The notes below the pieces were generated by a model. That model was not told the DNA's origin. It did no database searches and worked only from the letters and a program-made list of their open reading frames with translations. A DNA stretch of 62,951 bases, from contig WELB01000028.1 of the NCBI GenBank assembly GCA_009602725.1, positions 771,972 to 834,922 on the forward strand, given 5' to 3'. Below, piece after piece: positions 1-12,041 of this stretch. This DNA is from Spirogloea muscicola (taxonomy: Eukaryota). The first letter of the stretch is position 1; every line of letters starts with the position of its first letter. Made by a program: the position numbers and the translations under genes.

Positions 1-103
1 AAGCGGAGCCACAAACGTGGCCTTTGCAAAGATTGCTGATAGTGATTTAGTCAACAGTGAAGAAGATGCAGCCCATGAAGCGATGGCAAGCAGCGATGCG
101 CAC

Positions 104-2680
104 CTGTGTACCGCCGCTGTTTTCAGCCACCATCCAGTAGCCCGTGTACACGGACTGAAGCTGGATCTGTGGGGCACAGAACAAGGATCATCAGATTGCT
201 TTCTCTGCCACAGCGAGACTTCGGAGTCCTGCGAAGACCCAGGCAAGAGCATTGCTTGGCGAACCGCAGCAAGCACCTGAGTGCCGTCAATGAGCACGGG
301 CACGCTTGTGAAGAGGTCAGGCTGCATCCAGGCCTCGTATACGAGCCAGCCGCCGAGGTTGACGCCCCGGATGGCAGGCACCTGCATGGCCTCGCGCACC
401 GTGAACGTCTCCCACGAGTACGCGTTGGCGCCCCACCGCGCCAGCCACCCATCCTGCGAGCAGCTGCCGTTGCAGGAGCAATGCGTAGCCATTTTGCATG
501 TCAGTACTTGCAGGACCCCTGTTAGGGGCACAAGGGCACGGTGCACGCATTTTGTTTCCTTTGTAAGATTTGCAAGATCATGAGAAAGAATTTACAAGAT
601 AGTCAGTGGTACAAATGTGTACTTTAGCAAGCACCTACTCTGCATCGATTCTCGGAGTGAAAGCGCATAAACAAGAGCAGTTGACAATGTCAAGCGCGGC
701 TTTAGATCCCATAAGTCAGCATATTAATATATGTTGTCATAAGCGGGGCTTCACTCTGCGAGAAAGAGCAGAAATGAATTCACCTGACAAAGAGGTCGTC
801 AAAGGCCTTGACTTGGATCTGCTCGTCGCCAACAAACTGAATTGTGAAAACGGCCGCGGGGTCTGTGTCATCGGATGTGACGCCAATTGTCTTGCCTGAG
901 TCCATGTTGGCCTTGAGCCAAGCGCCGGTGGGGGCCTGAAACATAACCTGCAAATGGGGAAAGCCCATGAGATACTAGCAAATGAAGGCTTGTGTTCGCA
1001 ATGGCTCGAATTACAGACCCTTAGTGATGTAGACGGGTCATATTCATAAGTGACCTGGCCCAGTAGAGCTTACAAAAATCAAGGCCCACGGACCTGGGAA
1101 GCGCTGAGCCGGTGGATGGTGAGGGCAGTTGACACAGGAGGCGCAGTGGTGTTCATGGCCGTGACATACGATGTCCAGTTGGAGGCCGGGTATGCGTCCC
1201 ACCACGTTGCAAAGTACGTCTCGAGCTGCACCGTGGCGCCGTCGGCGAGGCCGTTGGACCACCAGAAGGACGGCATGGTGGGCTGGCCAAGGGTGACCGT
1301 CGGCGGGCTGCTCGAGCAGCATTGGCCGGTGCAGGTGAAGGGGGCCCCACTTGGAGCGGGGGCCGGAGAGAGGGAGAGGCTGGGGGCCTGAGGTGGAGGT
1401 GGAGGAGGGGGGAGGGGCGCCGATGGCGGCGGCGGCGGCGTTGGCGGTGGAGGCGGCACTGGCGGCGGCGGTGGCAGCGGCNNNNNNNNNNNNNNNNNNN
1501 NNNNNNNNNNNNNNNNNNNNNNNNNNNNNNNNNNNNNNNNNNNNNNNNNNNNNNNNNNNNNNNNNNNNNNNNNNNNNNNNNNNNNNNNNNNNNNNNNNNN
1601 NNNNNNNNNNNNNNNNNNNNNNNNNNNNNNNNNNNNNNNNNNNNNNNNNNNNNNNNNNNNNNNNNNNNNNNNNNNNNNNNNNNNNNNNNNNNNNNNNNNN
1701 NNNNNNNNNNNNNNNNNNNNNNNNNNNNNNNNNNNNNNNNNNNNNNNNNNNNNNNNNNNNNNNNNNNNNNNNNNNNNNNNNNNNNNNNNNNNNNNNNNNN
1801 NNNNNNNNNNNNNNNNNNNNNNNNNNNNNNNNNNNNNNNNNNNNNNNNNNNNNNNNNNNNNNNNNNNNNNNNNNNNNNNNNNNNNNNNNNNNNNNNNNNN
1901 NNNNNNNNNNNNNNNNNNNNNNNNNNNNNNNNNNNNNNNNNNNNNNNNNNNNNNNNNNNNNNNNNNNNNNNNNNNNNNNNNNNNNNNNNNNNNNNNNNNG
2001 CGGCCTGCTGGCCGCCGGCCTGGCTGCGGCGGGCGCCGGCGCGGCCGGTGAGCGCGGCCCTGCCACGACCACCTCGCAGGCGTGCTCTCTGTGATAGGTG
2101 TCAGTTATCGGGACTCAACCGCGTCGGCGTCGGCGGTCTGAGCGTCCTCCTGCCTCCAGCGTACTTGGGCCTCAGGCCCGGGGGCGTCGGCATCGGGCCG
2201 ACCAGCGGCGATGGCGGCGGCGGCGGCGGCGGCGGCGGGTCGCGGGGCTGAGCCGCCGAACCTCGGCTCACTCCAGTGGACACTTTTACGGAAGCGTCGG
2301 CTCGAGGAGGCGGAGGAGCAACGCCAGGGGGGGGGGAGCGAGCGGAGGAGGGAGGCGGAGGAGGAGGAGGGCGGCGGGAAGGAGGCGGCGGCGGAGGCCG
2401 CTGCGGCGGCGGCAGCCATGGCGGCTCCTTGCCGGCGGCGGCTGCGCTGGCCTGCACGCTGCGAGGCGAGGGCGGCGGAACCAGCGGAGGTCAGCGAAGC
2501 GCACGAGGCGAGGGCTCACAGCGCGCAGCCGATGCCTCGCCGCAGCGGCGGCCGGAGCCAGCTCCATTACCTGCAGAAGACGAGCAGCGCGGCGAGGAAG
2601 GCCGCCGCAGCTGCAGCGCTGCGTCCAGCCCTGGCGCCGGCAGCGGCAGAGGCTGCGGGTCTGTCCATGGGGTTCGCCAT
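104..2680 (-). CDS. Secreted glycoside hydrolase family 5 (plant glucan 1,3-beta-glucosidase / GH5_14-like) with a Pro-rich N-terminus and fascin-like modules; continues off the left edge and is interrupted by an N gap
   Basis: Exon 463-277 reads SCSQDGWLARWGANAYSWETFTVREAMQVPAIRGVNLGGWLVYEAWMQPDLFTSVPVLIDGTQ and exon 166-104 reads IQLQSVYTGYWMVAENSGGTQ. This is the RxVNLGGWLVxExW motif followed by the DGTQ(L/I)Q..S fascin insert typical of plant GH5 exo-glucanases. Upstream exons (947-784, ~1481-1094) look fascin-like and Pro-rich. The putative ATG at 2680 precedes a hydrophobic stretch (AAAAAFLAALLVF). Exon structure between 2000 and 2570 is uncertain. Confidence 0.85.
1482..1999. other. 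Assembly gap
   Basis: Run of N inside the Pro-rich part of the GH5 gene. Confidence 0.99.
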
Positions 2681-2877
2681 GGCGGGCCCGCGCTCCTCTG
2701 GCTCATGCTTGTGCGGTAGGCCGGTCCGGCCTTCCGGGGTACCGTGCCACTGCGGTGCAGCCTCTGCTGAGCTGAGCGGCCGCGTCGGCGCGAGGTCCTG
2801 CTGCGACATGAGGGTGTAGGCTCCAGCGAGAGGCGGGAGAGGAGGCTGTGAGTGGCACCAGGCCCTGCGCTGCAAGT

Positions 2878-2915
<38 letters not shown>

Positions 2916-3459
2916 GCTGGGAGTAGGCCGGCGGAGGTGCGGCGTCGAGACGAGGCTAAGCCCTGCTGCAAGAGGAGAAGGCGCGCGGTGCGCAGGAATT
3001 GAAATTGTGGACGATTGAAGCCAACACATTGTTCGGGCAAGCGGGCTGAGCAGCGAGAGGAAGCGGGGAACGAGAATCCGGCTGCCGATCTTAATATAGT
3101 GGCAGTGAAAGCCAGTCAGGTGCCTGATTGAACATCCTTGGAGCCATCATTGGAGCCCAAGGGTAGGGGCTAGGGGGTAGAGAGGGGGTGGCCCTGCTGC
3201 ACCCTGCAAGCGGGCTGCAAGCAGGGGGAGGAGGGAGGGAGGAGGAGGGGGGGGGGCGCGGCGAGGGAGCCGCGGGGATAGGGAGGCGGCGGCGGGTCGG
3301 GATTTGGCACCCCCCCCGGGGGGAGTGGGGGTGGTGTTTCGGTCGCCCTCGCACGTGCCACGGCCGCGTCGGACAGGACAAGCCCTCAGGGGCCCGCATG
3401 GGGCCCTGCTTGCAGCAGAGCTCCGGCGCCTTTCGGCCTGCTCTTCGGATGCCCCGCAC

Positions 3460-5800
3460 CCGCATTGGCTCCCCTGCCCGGGCGGTCCGGGCTGTCAGCT
3501 CCACGTGATCTGCTTTTACCACCTGAAGCCCGGCCGCCCTGACGGAAGCCTCCCAGTGCGCGCTGCCCCCACAGGCGGCAGTCCGCTCCCGTCAACGGCT
3601 CCTGGTGACAACAGAGAGCTGTCTCTGGGCCAGCAGCCAAAGGCCCAGGGAAATGAGTGTGCCCCGGCACTGCTCCCAGTACTGCTCCCAGTGCAGCTCC
3701 TCCTTTTTTTTCTCCCCGGTTGCGTCCGAAGATGGTCCTACAATCACTGACTGTGCCGATGCGACGTGTTCGCAGCGTCGGTGCCATTGGCGGCAGAACG
3801 GCGCAAGGATGCTTGGGAGCCAGTCCAAGTCATCAAGAGGCCGGCAAATTGGGAAGGTATGAAGCGGCTATTACCAAAGTGGAAGCGGTGACAGATGAAG
3901 AAGTACTGGAAGTTCTCTCGAAAGGGGCAAGGGCTGCAAAGGGCAGCCAACATGGCTGTGAAGGCCAGCCTGGGTGACGCTTTTCCGCCCTCTGCTTATT
4001 CGAATCTGCATATGCTGCTAGAGGCTATTGAGCGTTGATTTGCTGAAGTCACGAAGAGTAGTTTCCTGACTTTTTGCACCCTCCGGCCCTTCTGTTCAGT
4101 CTTCTATGCTGGCCTTAAAAACCAATGCTTTCCGTTGGAAGAGGTTTATTCTGATAACTATAGCTGGGGGAGTGGTTCACCTCTACGAGACGATGTGAAC
4201 GGGACTCGTGGCCGTGCTGGCGTGGGAGCAGGCCTGGGTGCCTTCGTACTTATGCCATTTTGGCCTTCGTTTGTCTTAAATATACGAAATTGCCCTGGGC
4301 GCGTGCAAGGTAGACGGCCACACAACGTGACCCCTGAGGCGAGTCGCGAGGCGAGGCCTGATTGCTCCAAAGAGCAGTAGACTTTGCAAGTTAGGCGGTG
4401 GCTGCAGTAGGCCAGCCCAGGAATATGCATAACAGGTCAGTACCTTTCACCCAGATGTTAGACGACCGTCCCTTATGTGCAAGGTAAAAGTGGCTTCCGG
4501 CTCGGCGGGAAACCATCAATAGCGTAACACCCGGCAGTGTAAGACTCTCAAAGGGTGGACCTGGGCGAGCGCCCCGTTAGCTCTGAGGATCTGTTGTATG
4601 ATGTGCTGTTCGGCCTCATGCTCTGCCTCACTCTTCTGATGGCAACGCACACCTGGGTATCCCTGATTGTACCCCGTCTTTTGGCTGCGATCGTTGCCCT
4701 TGGGCAGGCACTGTGAATGCTTCGAAGTGCTCGCGGTGCCCATCTGCGACTTCTTGCAGGAGCTCAATAGAAGCGGCATGCAAGACTGACATGCCTGCAT
4801 GCACGCATGGGAAAATTTGCAGGCATGCCGGTTATGCATGCTCCCTCTCCTACTTGCTGCTCACAAATCTGTTCGAGCGACAGAAAAGGACCAGGCTTGC
4901 TCGCCATCACTAGCACGACTGACCGACCTGAAGCACTGGCAGGCTTAGTGTATGGGAATGGGTCATATAGTAGACGTAGGGCATTAAAATAGAAGCAGAT
5001 GGATTGAAGTGGCAAGCCGTGGTTACTGTGGTCAATGCAGGTCGTGTATCTGCTGGGGGAGGCTTAATGAGGATGCCAACTTCTGCTTAGCTAGCTTGCC
5101 GTGCTCAGTATAGCCCAATGCCAGCACTACTGTGCCTGAGCACCGCCCTCCAACCACTGAATGGTGGGAAGAAGGCACCGGCCGCCCAGCTAGCCCTACG
5201 TCTACTTGTACATGAGGTTCGTCTGGCCCTACACCGGCAAGAGGATGTCCATGTTGCGATGCAAAAGGACCAAACACCCACAAAGCGAGCCTTGATATGA
5301 GCGCCATGTGAAGTCTCCACACTTCGAGCACATGGTGGTGACGTAAAGGTTGTACCTAACTCTTCCCTAGTGCAGCATCGACTCACATTGCAGGACACGC
5401 AGTGGGAAGAGCAGAGCAGAGAAAGCTGCAGCACTACTTTGCTACCCCCGTAGCGATCACCTCCTACCAACCGCCTGGGTCCTCGTTTCCATCCTCTACT
5501 TGAGAATATCGCAAGTCTAGGATATGCACGGCGTGAGGACATGCCTTTAGCCGAGATGGGCAAGCCGGCAGCCTATCTGTCGGTTTTGCGACATCGTGTG
5601 TCAGCCTGTTTGCAGCTCAGGCTCATGCTTTGCACCAGAAAGCTGGTCGAGCTTCAGCTGGTGGCACAAGGGCTTGTCAATTGCCGTCCGGTATTCGGGC
5701 ATCAGTCAGCGACCTCTACGTGCTGACTCGCGGTTACTGAGCTGGGCTAGCTTTGCAGCGGGTGATGTACATCTGTCATGTCCTTGCCTTTCGTACTTGG
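3460..5800 (+). mobile_element. Degenerate, internally deleted long copy of a CRE-like RLE non-LTR retrotransposon
   Basis: The 3' part is clear: GHAVGRAEQRKLQHY (~5392-5437), LSVLRHRVSACLQ, then after a frameshift AQAHALHQKAGRA...SVSDLYVLTRGY* (stop 5738-5740). Weaker upstream remnants are CPGGPGC..YHL and CSQYCSQC (Zn-finger-like, 3475-3700), GERPVSSEDLLY (~4563-4598) and LSYLLLT (~4845), which resemble RT-region motifs. Many stops and frameshifts are present, and the 5' boundary is uncertain. Confidence 0.6.
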
Positions 5801-5987
5801 CCACTCAGGCCCTCCATCACTCAACACACTCCACATCCCTTGCCGCTTGAGGTACTCAGAGAACAGCTGCGTGCAGGCGTGGGAGGGCTCTCGCTTGCCG
5901 AGTGTCGGGGCTGTGACGTCTTGCACGAGTCGTGCCATTGGGACCGTGAAGCGAGACAGCGGCAGCCTGCAACAAGGCTGGCCCGCC

Positions 5988-8686
5988 ATGGGCGCCGCTA
6001 CGGCGGCGGCGCTCCTCCTGATGGCGGCCGCGGTGTTACCACTTGGGCAGTCTGGCGGCCTCGCTGGAGCGGACGAGCGCGGCAGCTGTGCAGACGACGG
6101 CGCCTCTGAGCTCCGCGGCGCCACCTGGCAGCTCCATGGCGGCCCGCCGCCTCCCTGGCCGGTGAGCGCCCATGGCCAGCTTCGCCGCGAGCCGTCTTGG
6201 CGACGTGCTCAGCCATGGCGGCCTGCCCATCTGCTGATCCTTTGCTGCGCTCCGTCGGCCAGCCGCTGGCGATGACGCCCAGGGTCGTCGCCGCGTCGGT
6301 GGCGGCGTTGGCCGGCGGCACGCTGTCGAGCGCCGTCGGGGCGGGCCGGGCCGGCCTCTTCGTGCCCATCTTCAGCCTGCTCCTCGGCTTCCGCCTCAGG
6401 ACGTCCGCGGCGCTGTCGCAAGGTGCTCGCCATGGCTGGCCTGCAGCCCACCAAGCGACCATGACTTTGTTTGCCTTCAGTAATTCTGTGTCATTTACTC
6501 CAGAGCTTAGTTCAGCTTGATAACATTTGAAATTTTGTCAAAGACTTGCGTACAGGATTGCTCCTATGTTGCAACGGCCTATCTGCAGGCAATTATGGAG
6601 GTTTCTAGCTCTATAGCAGCACGTTGTCCTCCTCAGTCCCTCACTTCTGACTTCTCTTTCGAGCATATGCAGCGATGATTGTGGGCAGCATGATACCAAA
6701 CTTCGCCTTCCATGTGAGGCGGAGGCACCCAGCCCTTGACCGGCCTTTAATTGATTACGACATTGCGGCACTCGTCCTGCCAACGCTGCTGCTCGGCATC
6801 AGCCTTGGAGTTGCGAGCAATGGGACCGCGCCCGCCTGGCTCATGGCTGCTCTGCTCACGCCCCTCTTCCTCTGTAAGTCAGCTCCAGCTTCACAGTGAC
6901 TAACCTGCAGGCATTGCAGATACTTGAATGATTCTGCCGTATGGTCCATAAGTATGTAGTATCCCTCCAACTTACTCTCGCATGCAAATCAAAGTGGGCA
7001 AAGCTTAATCTGATGTCCCGCAGCACACCCAACTCCGTTGGAAGTTTCAAGGAGATGCTACTGAAATAGTGCTTGCTTGGACGTCCTTTGCCCTGCAGTT
7101 ATGGCAAAACAAACATATACGCTGGCAAATGGCATCCGCAAAGTGGAGATACGGCTGGTTAGTAGACTAAAAATACTACTGTTGTTGCGCAGCTAATAAT
7201 TTGCAGAGATTCTAGCGATTTTGTATCTGCACATTATTAACACTCTGCTCCATGTCTGTAGGGTCCAAAGTGACGATTGCCTTGCTAAAGTCTGCACCGA
7301 TGTATTGACGCTTCTTATTACTTGGTGGGCCACACTGATGACATCAAGAATGTGACTGGAGACGCCTGTCAAATAGTTTTTGAAAGAGCCAGCGGCAGCA
7401 CCAACGAGGAAGCTGACCAGACAAGTGATACATGCGATTCACCCACAGATGGACTTACTGCTATAGATGTGAGTGTTTTTCGACATTGTGCTGCTCAAGC
7501 TGCTCTTGACAGTCTGATACATTCTTAGTGCACACTCCGCAATGCCACTCACTTTATCTGATCAGCTGCGAAGACTGTTGGCCTGACGAAAATCACCAAC
7601 AATCTCCTGACACCTTTGCAGGATTATGGGTACTGGCCATTTGTGCTGTTCCTACTTGTGGTGTGGAGCTCCTTCCTTACCTTGCAGCTTCTGCAGGTAT
7701 GGCTTCTCCAGCAAGTGATGAGCTTCATAAGCCAGGGCCGATCATGCACGATTTGGTCCGCTGTCTTGCTCTGAATGTTGATATTAAGAAGCGTCAAGCT
7801 TCATGAGGTGCACAGTTTCTTATTAGACCTGCCCACAATCTAGCTTCCAATTCGCAGGTATACGCCAGCGAGGCCAGCCTTCGTTCCTGGACTTTGACGG
7901 CACTGCAAGTGAGCGTGGTTCAAGATGCTGTGCGTTCAAGTACCTTGGAGTCTGGTCACAGGCCCTCGTAGGCTGCCTCAGCTCAGCTGTATTGACTGAG
8001 AAACAAATTTTACTGTCTTACTGGCGTGTTGACATGTTTGATCACAGGAGTGCTTTTGTAATTCATTTGTGGATGCCAGATTGATTGCAGGTGCTCATCA
8101 CTGTGGCAGCCACGTTGGTAAGCATGTTGCGGCGGCAGAAGCGGGCAACTTTTGTACCGACTGGCGATGCACAGTGGGGCTGGAAGGAGCTCCTAAGTGT
8201 CCCCCTGTGCGGGCTCCCTGCCGGCTGCCTGGGCGCGATGCTGGGCCTTGGCGGCGCAATCATCATACGTCCCACCCTTCTCCAGGCTCACGTCAATTCG
8301 CAGGTGTGACATGACTGAAGGATTACAGCACTCTAAGAAGTTGTAATTTCATGTAGTCACTTGAAGTCATTGACTGATTCAGTCACAAACTCACATGAGC
8401 CAACATCATCAATCTGCAGGTGTGCTCTGCTACTATGGGGTTGTTGATCCTGCTGTCATCAACGCTGGCGCTTGTGGAGTACGCCATACTCGGGCAACTC
8501 CCCATGGACTACGCAGCCTACTTCTTGGGGCTGAGCTTTATTGCAGCCATGCTCGGCATGCTTGCTGGACGATGGGTTCTGGCACGCTCAGGCTTGTTGC
8601 CAGCTGCCACGTTCATGCTCGCAGCCATCATCAGTGCCGGCGCCGTTGTCATAGGTGCGTCTCTAAGCCTCTTCACCTTTGCGTAG
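5988..8686 (+). CDS. Sulfite exporter TauE/SafE family membrane protein (multi-exon)
   Basis: Motifs LSSAVGAGRAGLFVPIF, HPALDRPLIDYDIAALVLPTLLLGISLGV and AGCLGAMLGLGGAIIIRPTLL, and a final exon VCSATMGLLILLSS...FTFA*, match the plant TauE layout. The ATG at 5988 starts a signal-like sequence. Confidence 0.88.
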
Positions 8687-9390
8687 CCAGTGCAGGCTCA
8701 GGCTCTCTTCCGCAAGAGTATTCTGAGGTGGCCTGTTGGGCCACGTATAGCTGCAAAGAAGGAGCTCCGAGGAGTGAGGCGAGATTAAACACAGGGACTT
8801 TCATTGGTTGTCTACACATTATGCTTCTCCTGTCGTGGCTCTCTCAAGGTCGCCAGTACCTGTGCGAGCTTTTCCAGGTTCCACCAGCGGCCTTCGCCAA
8901 GAGGAGACCATGAGTTGCAGGTCGGCCAACCTCTAGCAAAAGCTTTGCTGGGTCTATGCCACCACGCACTGGTCCTATCTTCCTCCTGGTAAGCTGCAGT
9001 ATAAGCTCAGCTGTTGCCTTGTGGTCATTGGCATTGCTTGTACAAGAAGGCTTAAATTTTCAGGGAATATTGCAGTCCAAAGCAAGGTCCTTAGCAATCC
9101 TTATATTTCAAATTTGTCAGCTCATATTGACAATGCGGAAGGGCTTCTATGACTGAGCTTGACGCCAATATGCTGCCCTCTCTCTTTGATCTGCAGGAAC
9201 CCTTACAGAAACACACAGAAAAACGCAGTGATGCGCAGACTTGCTTGCTTAAGTAACTGAGGAGCCCAAGGAAAGCAATCTTGCAACCATAAGCCATCAT
9301 TTGGGCCACAGTGGCTGATGCCACTTATTAAGCTGTACAATACGAGATTGCCTCTGAAGCTACCAAAATAGAGATTTGCAACATATATGG

Positions 9391-11648
9391 CTATTGCGGA
9401 GGGGGTTGCTGCCACTGCTGGACATACTGCACAGCAACACACGATGTTTGTCATGAGCATAGTCAACGGTGAGCGCAGCAAACGATCAAGTAGAAGTGCA
9501 AAGCTCTGCGCATGACAGGATGGACCATTGAGGAGCAAAGCTGATCATACAGGCAAGAGGGGAAGTGTACCTGCGGCTGCTGGTACATCATCTGCATTGG
9601 CATACCCGGTTGCCCAGCCATCACCTGATGTGACACATGTACATTACACGTGTATTAAGCGGGAGGATACTATTGCTTACAGCCTGAACCAATGCCCCAA
9701 GTAGTCAGAGAGCATCGACAAAGACAGGGTCATGCTTTCACACCGGAGGATAGAGAGGATGGGACCGAGTTGCTGAGATTGAGTCATGCAAGCGTCTGGC
9801 TTTGTACCTGCGACCCGAGCTGCATGGTTGGAGCACCGGGCTGCTGCGGCAGGTAGTACACGGGGGTGTACGGCACATCATTGGCGCCGCCAACTGGCAC
9901 TGGCCGCGGACCAACAATCTCCTCCTGTGGTGCCAACAGTCTCATGCGTGCGAGGTTACTATGGAGGTGACTGGGAGCATGGCAACCGGCCACTTCATAC
10001 TTTAGGCCGAGACCATGTAGCATCTCTAGCAGCTACTCAGCTTCTAGCTGGCCAGCCCGCATGTCAAACGCTACGCCAAGCTGTGAGGTAGGATATATTG
10101 CAGGTACATGGCATGCCAGCTTGTCAAAACTGCTCTGGAAGCCCTGTCAAAATGATGGCACCACAGATCATTTTGTCCTGTAACAAGGGCTCTGGACGCC
10201 TGGGACGGATGTGGGCAGGCCCACCTTGGGGTCATCCCGCGGAACAATGTCAACGAGGAAGTCAAAGATATCAGTCCGAGTGATGGCGGCGGCAATGTCA
10301 TTCCGCTGCAGCGTGCGGCGCTTGTTCTCCTCTGTGTGTATCCACGACCGAAGCGTGAGCTCCAGGATGAACATCTCGCACGCCTTGGCAAAGAGCACGG
10401 GAGCCTCTGCACTGATCATCTGTAGGAACCGGCACGCCCGCCAGCCACAACAAGCTCTATGATATCAGCAGGCTTAGATTGTGCACGGTACCAGAGGAGG
10501 ACACATTGGTCAAGGGCGGCCACCAGAGCTGTACAATACTTTTCACAATGTGCAAATGATCAAGGAATGATAGCCAACTTCCTTCGCTCTCTGCAACACT
10601 TGGCTACGGAAATGGCTGCCAAGTGGGCCTCAGCTCTGGTTTAAGCAGAGCCGCCTGCATGCACAGAGCTTGAGCAAGAATTGCATCATCGTGAGGAGGT
10701 GTGCAATACAGGAACATACGCGGACGTCCTCATCTGACTTCATGATCTTCTTGATTCGGGCCAGCGGAAGCTGTTGACTCTTGAAGTCTGCAGCTGCAGA
10801 CTCAAGACAGCACACAAGTGAAGTCGTCAAAGCACGTCATCAAGTACTTGTGTATTGTAGTCACCCTGCATTGGCAGGTCATGGCTCTGCTGCAATTGAG
10901 ACAGGCTGGACCTCAGGAAGGTGTGCAGCTATAGGTGATGCGGCAGCCTTTGCAAGAGCAACCAGAGCCTCTGTCGTTGCTGGGACGCAGCTAGGGTGCT
11001 ACAACTGTGAATTGTGCAAGGAGGAGCACGGCAGGTCGTGACACCGCATTTGCCTCTTCTGGTCGAGTCCGAGACTGAGGCCCGCAAGGCCAGAACTACA
11101 AAGGCGGGCGGGCTGAGGTTTTCTCACGGAGGGCGTGGCGTGGAGCGCCATACCTGTGCTTTGCTCCACCTCCTGCATCTGCTGCTGCCAGAAGAGCTGC
11201 ATCTGCTGCCGCTGCTGCTGCTGGAGGTGCTGGTACTGCAACTGCTGCGCCTGCATCTGCATCTGCGGCGCCGGGTACTCGCCCTGCGCAGCAGCAGACA
11301 CAAGCCGTGGCGGCAGCAGGGCCATCACTGCCCGGAGCTCCGCGGCTTTGACTCAATCAACATGATGACGCTCCTAAGGCGAAGGGCTGGGCAAGGCCTA
11401 CTGGCAATGGCAGCTCGAGAGTGTCACGTCCGATGCGGCCATGGACGACACTGAGCGCCGGAGCCTGTTAGCGGCTGGCCGCGCACCTGGCCGTCGGGGT
11501 AGACGCCCTGGCCCGCCTGCGCGCCCTGCTGCCCGTACGGCGCCTGCTGCATGCCGCCGCCGTAGGGCGACTGCCCCTGCATCATCATGCCCTGCCCCGG
11601 CGCGGACTGCGCCTGCTGCGCCGCCGCCTGCTGCGCCTGCTGGTCCAT
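9391..11648 (-). CDS. NF-YC: Nuclear transcription factor Y subunit C (histone fold)
   Basis: Contains [77 protein letters not shown]. The N-terminus from ATG 11648 is Gln-rich. The last exon, 9426-9391, reads [11 protein letters not shown]. Confidence 0.96.
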
Positions 11649-11819
11649 GGCGGCGGCAACGGCCGCGCCGCTCCGTGCCGGAAACGGCTGCGGGCCTCAG
11701 CGCCGCCTTCCGCGCTGCGCTGCGGCGCTCAGGGCGTTCGCTTCCCCGTGTACGGCCACGGAGGCCGGCGCTTGGCCGCTGGCTGGGCGGCGGCGACGAC
11801 GCGGCGGCGGCAGCAGAGG

Positions 11820-11930
<111 letters not shown>

Positions 11931-12041
11931 NATAAGCTCCCTCCGCCTTCTCTCAGCAGCCTCCGCGCACACGGCAGGGGCGGCGGCGGCGGCGGCGGCG
12001 GCGGCGGCCACGGCGGCGGCGGCGGCGGCGGCGGCGGACAG

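Noticed and set aside
2878..2914. Poly-G tract upstream of the GH5 gene as a G-quadruplex regulator
   Set aside because: Homopolymer length is unreliable in a draft assembly, and there is no other support.
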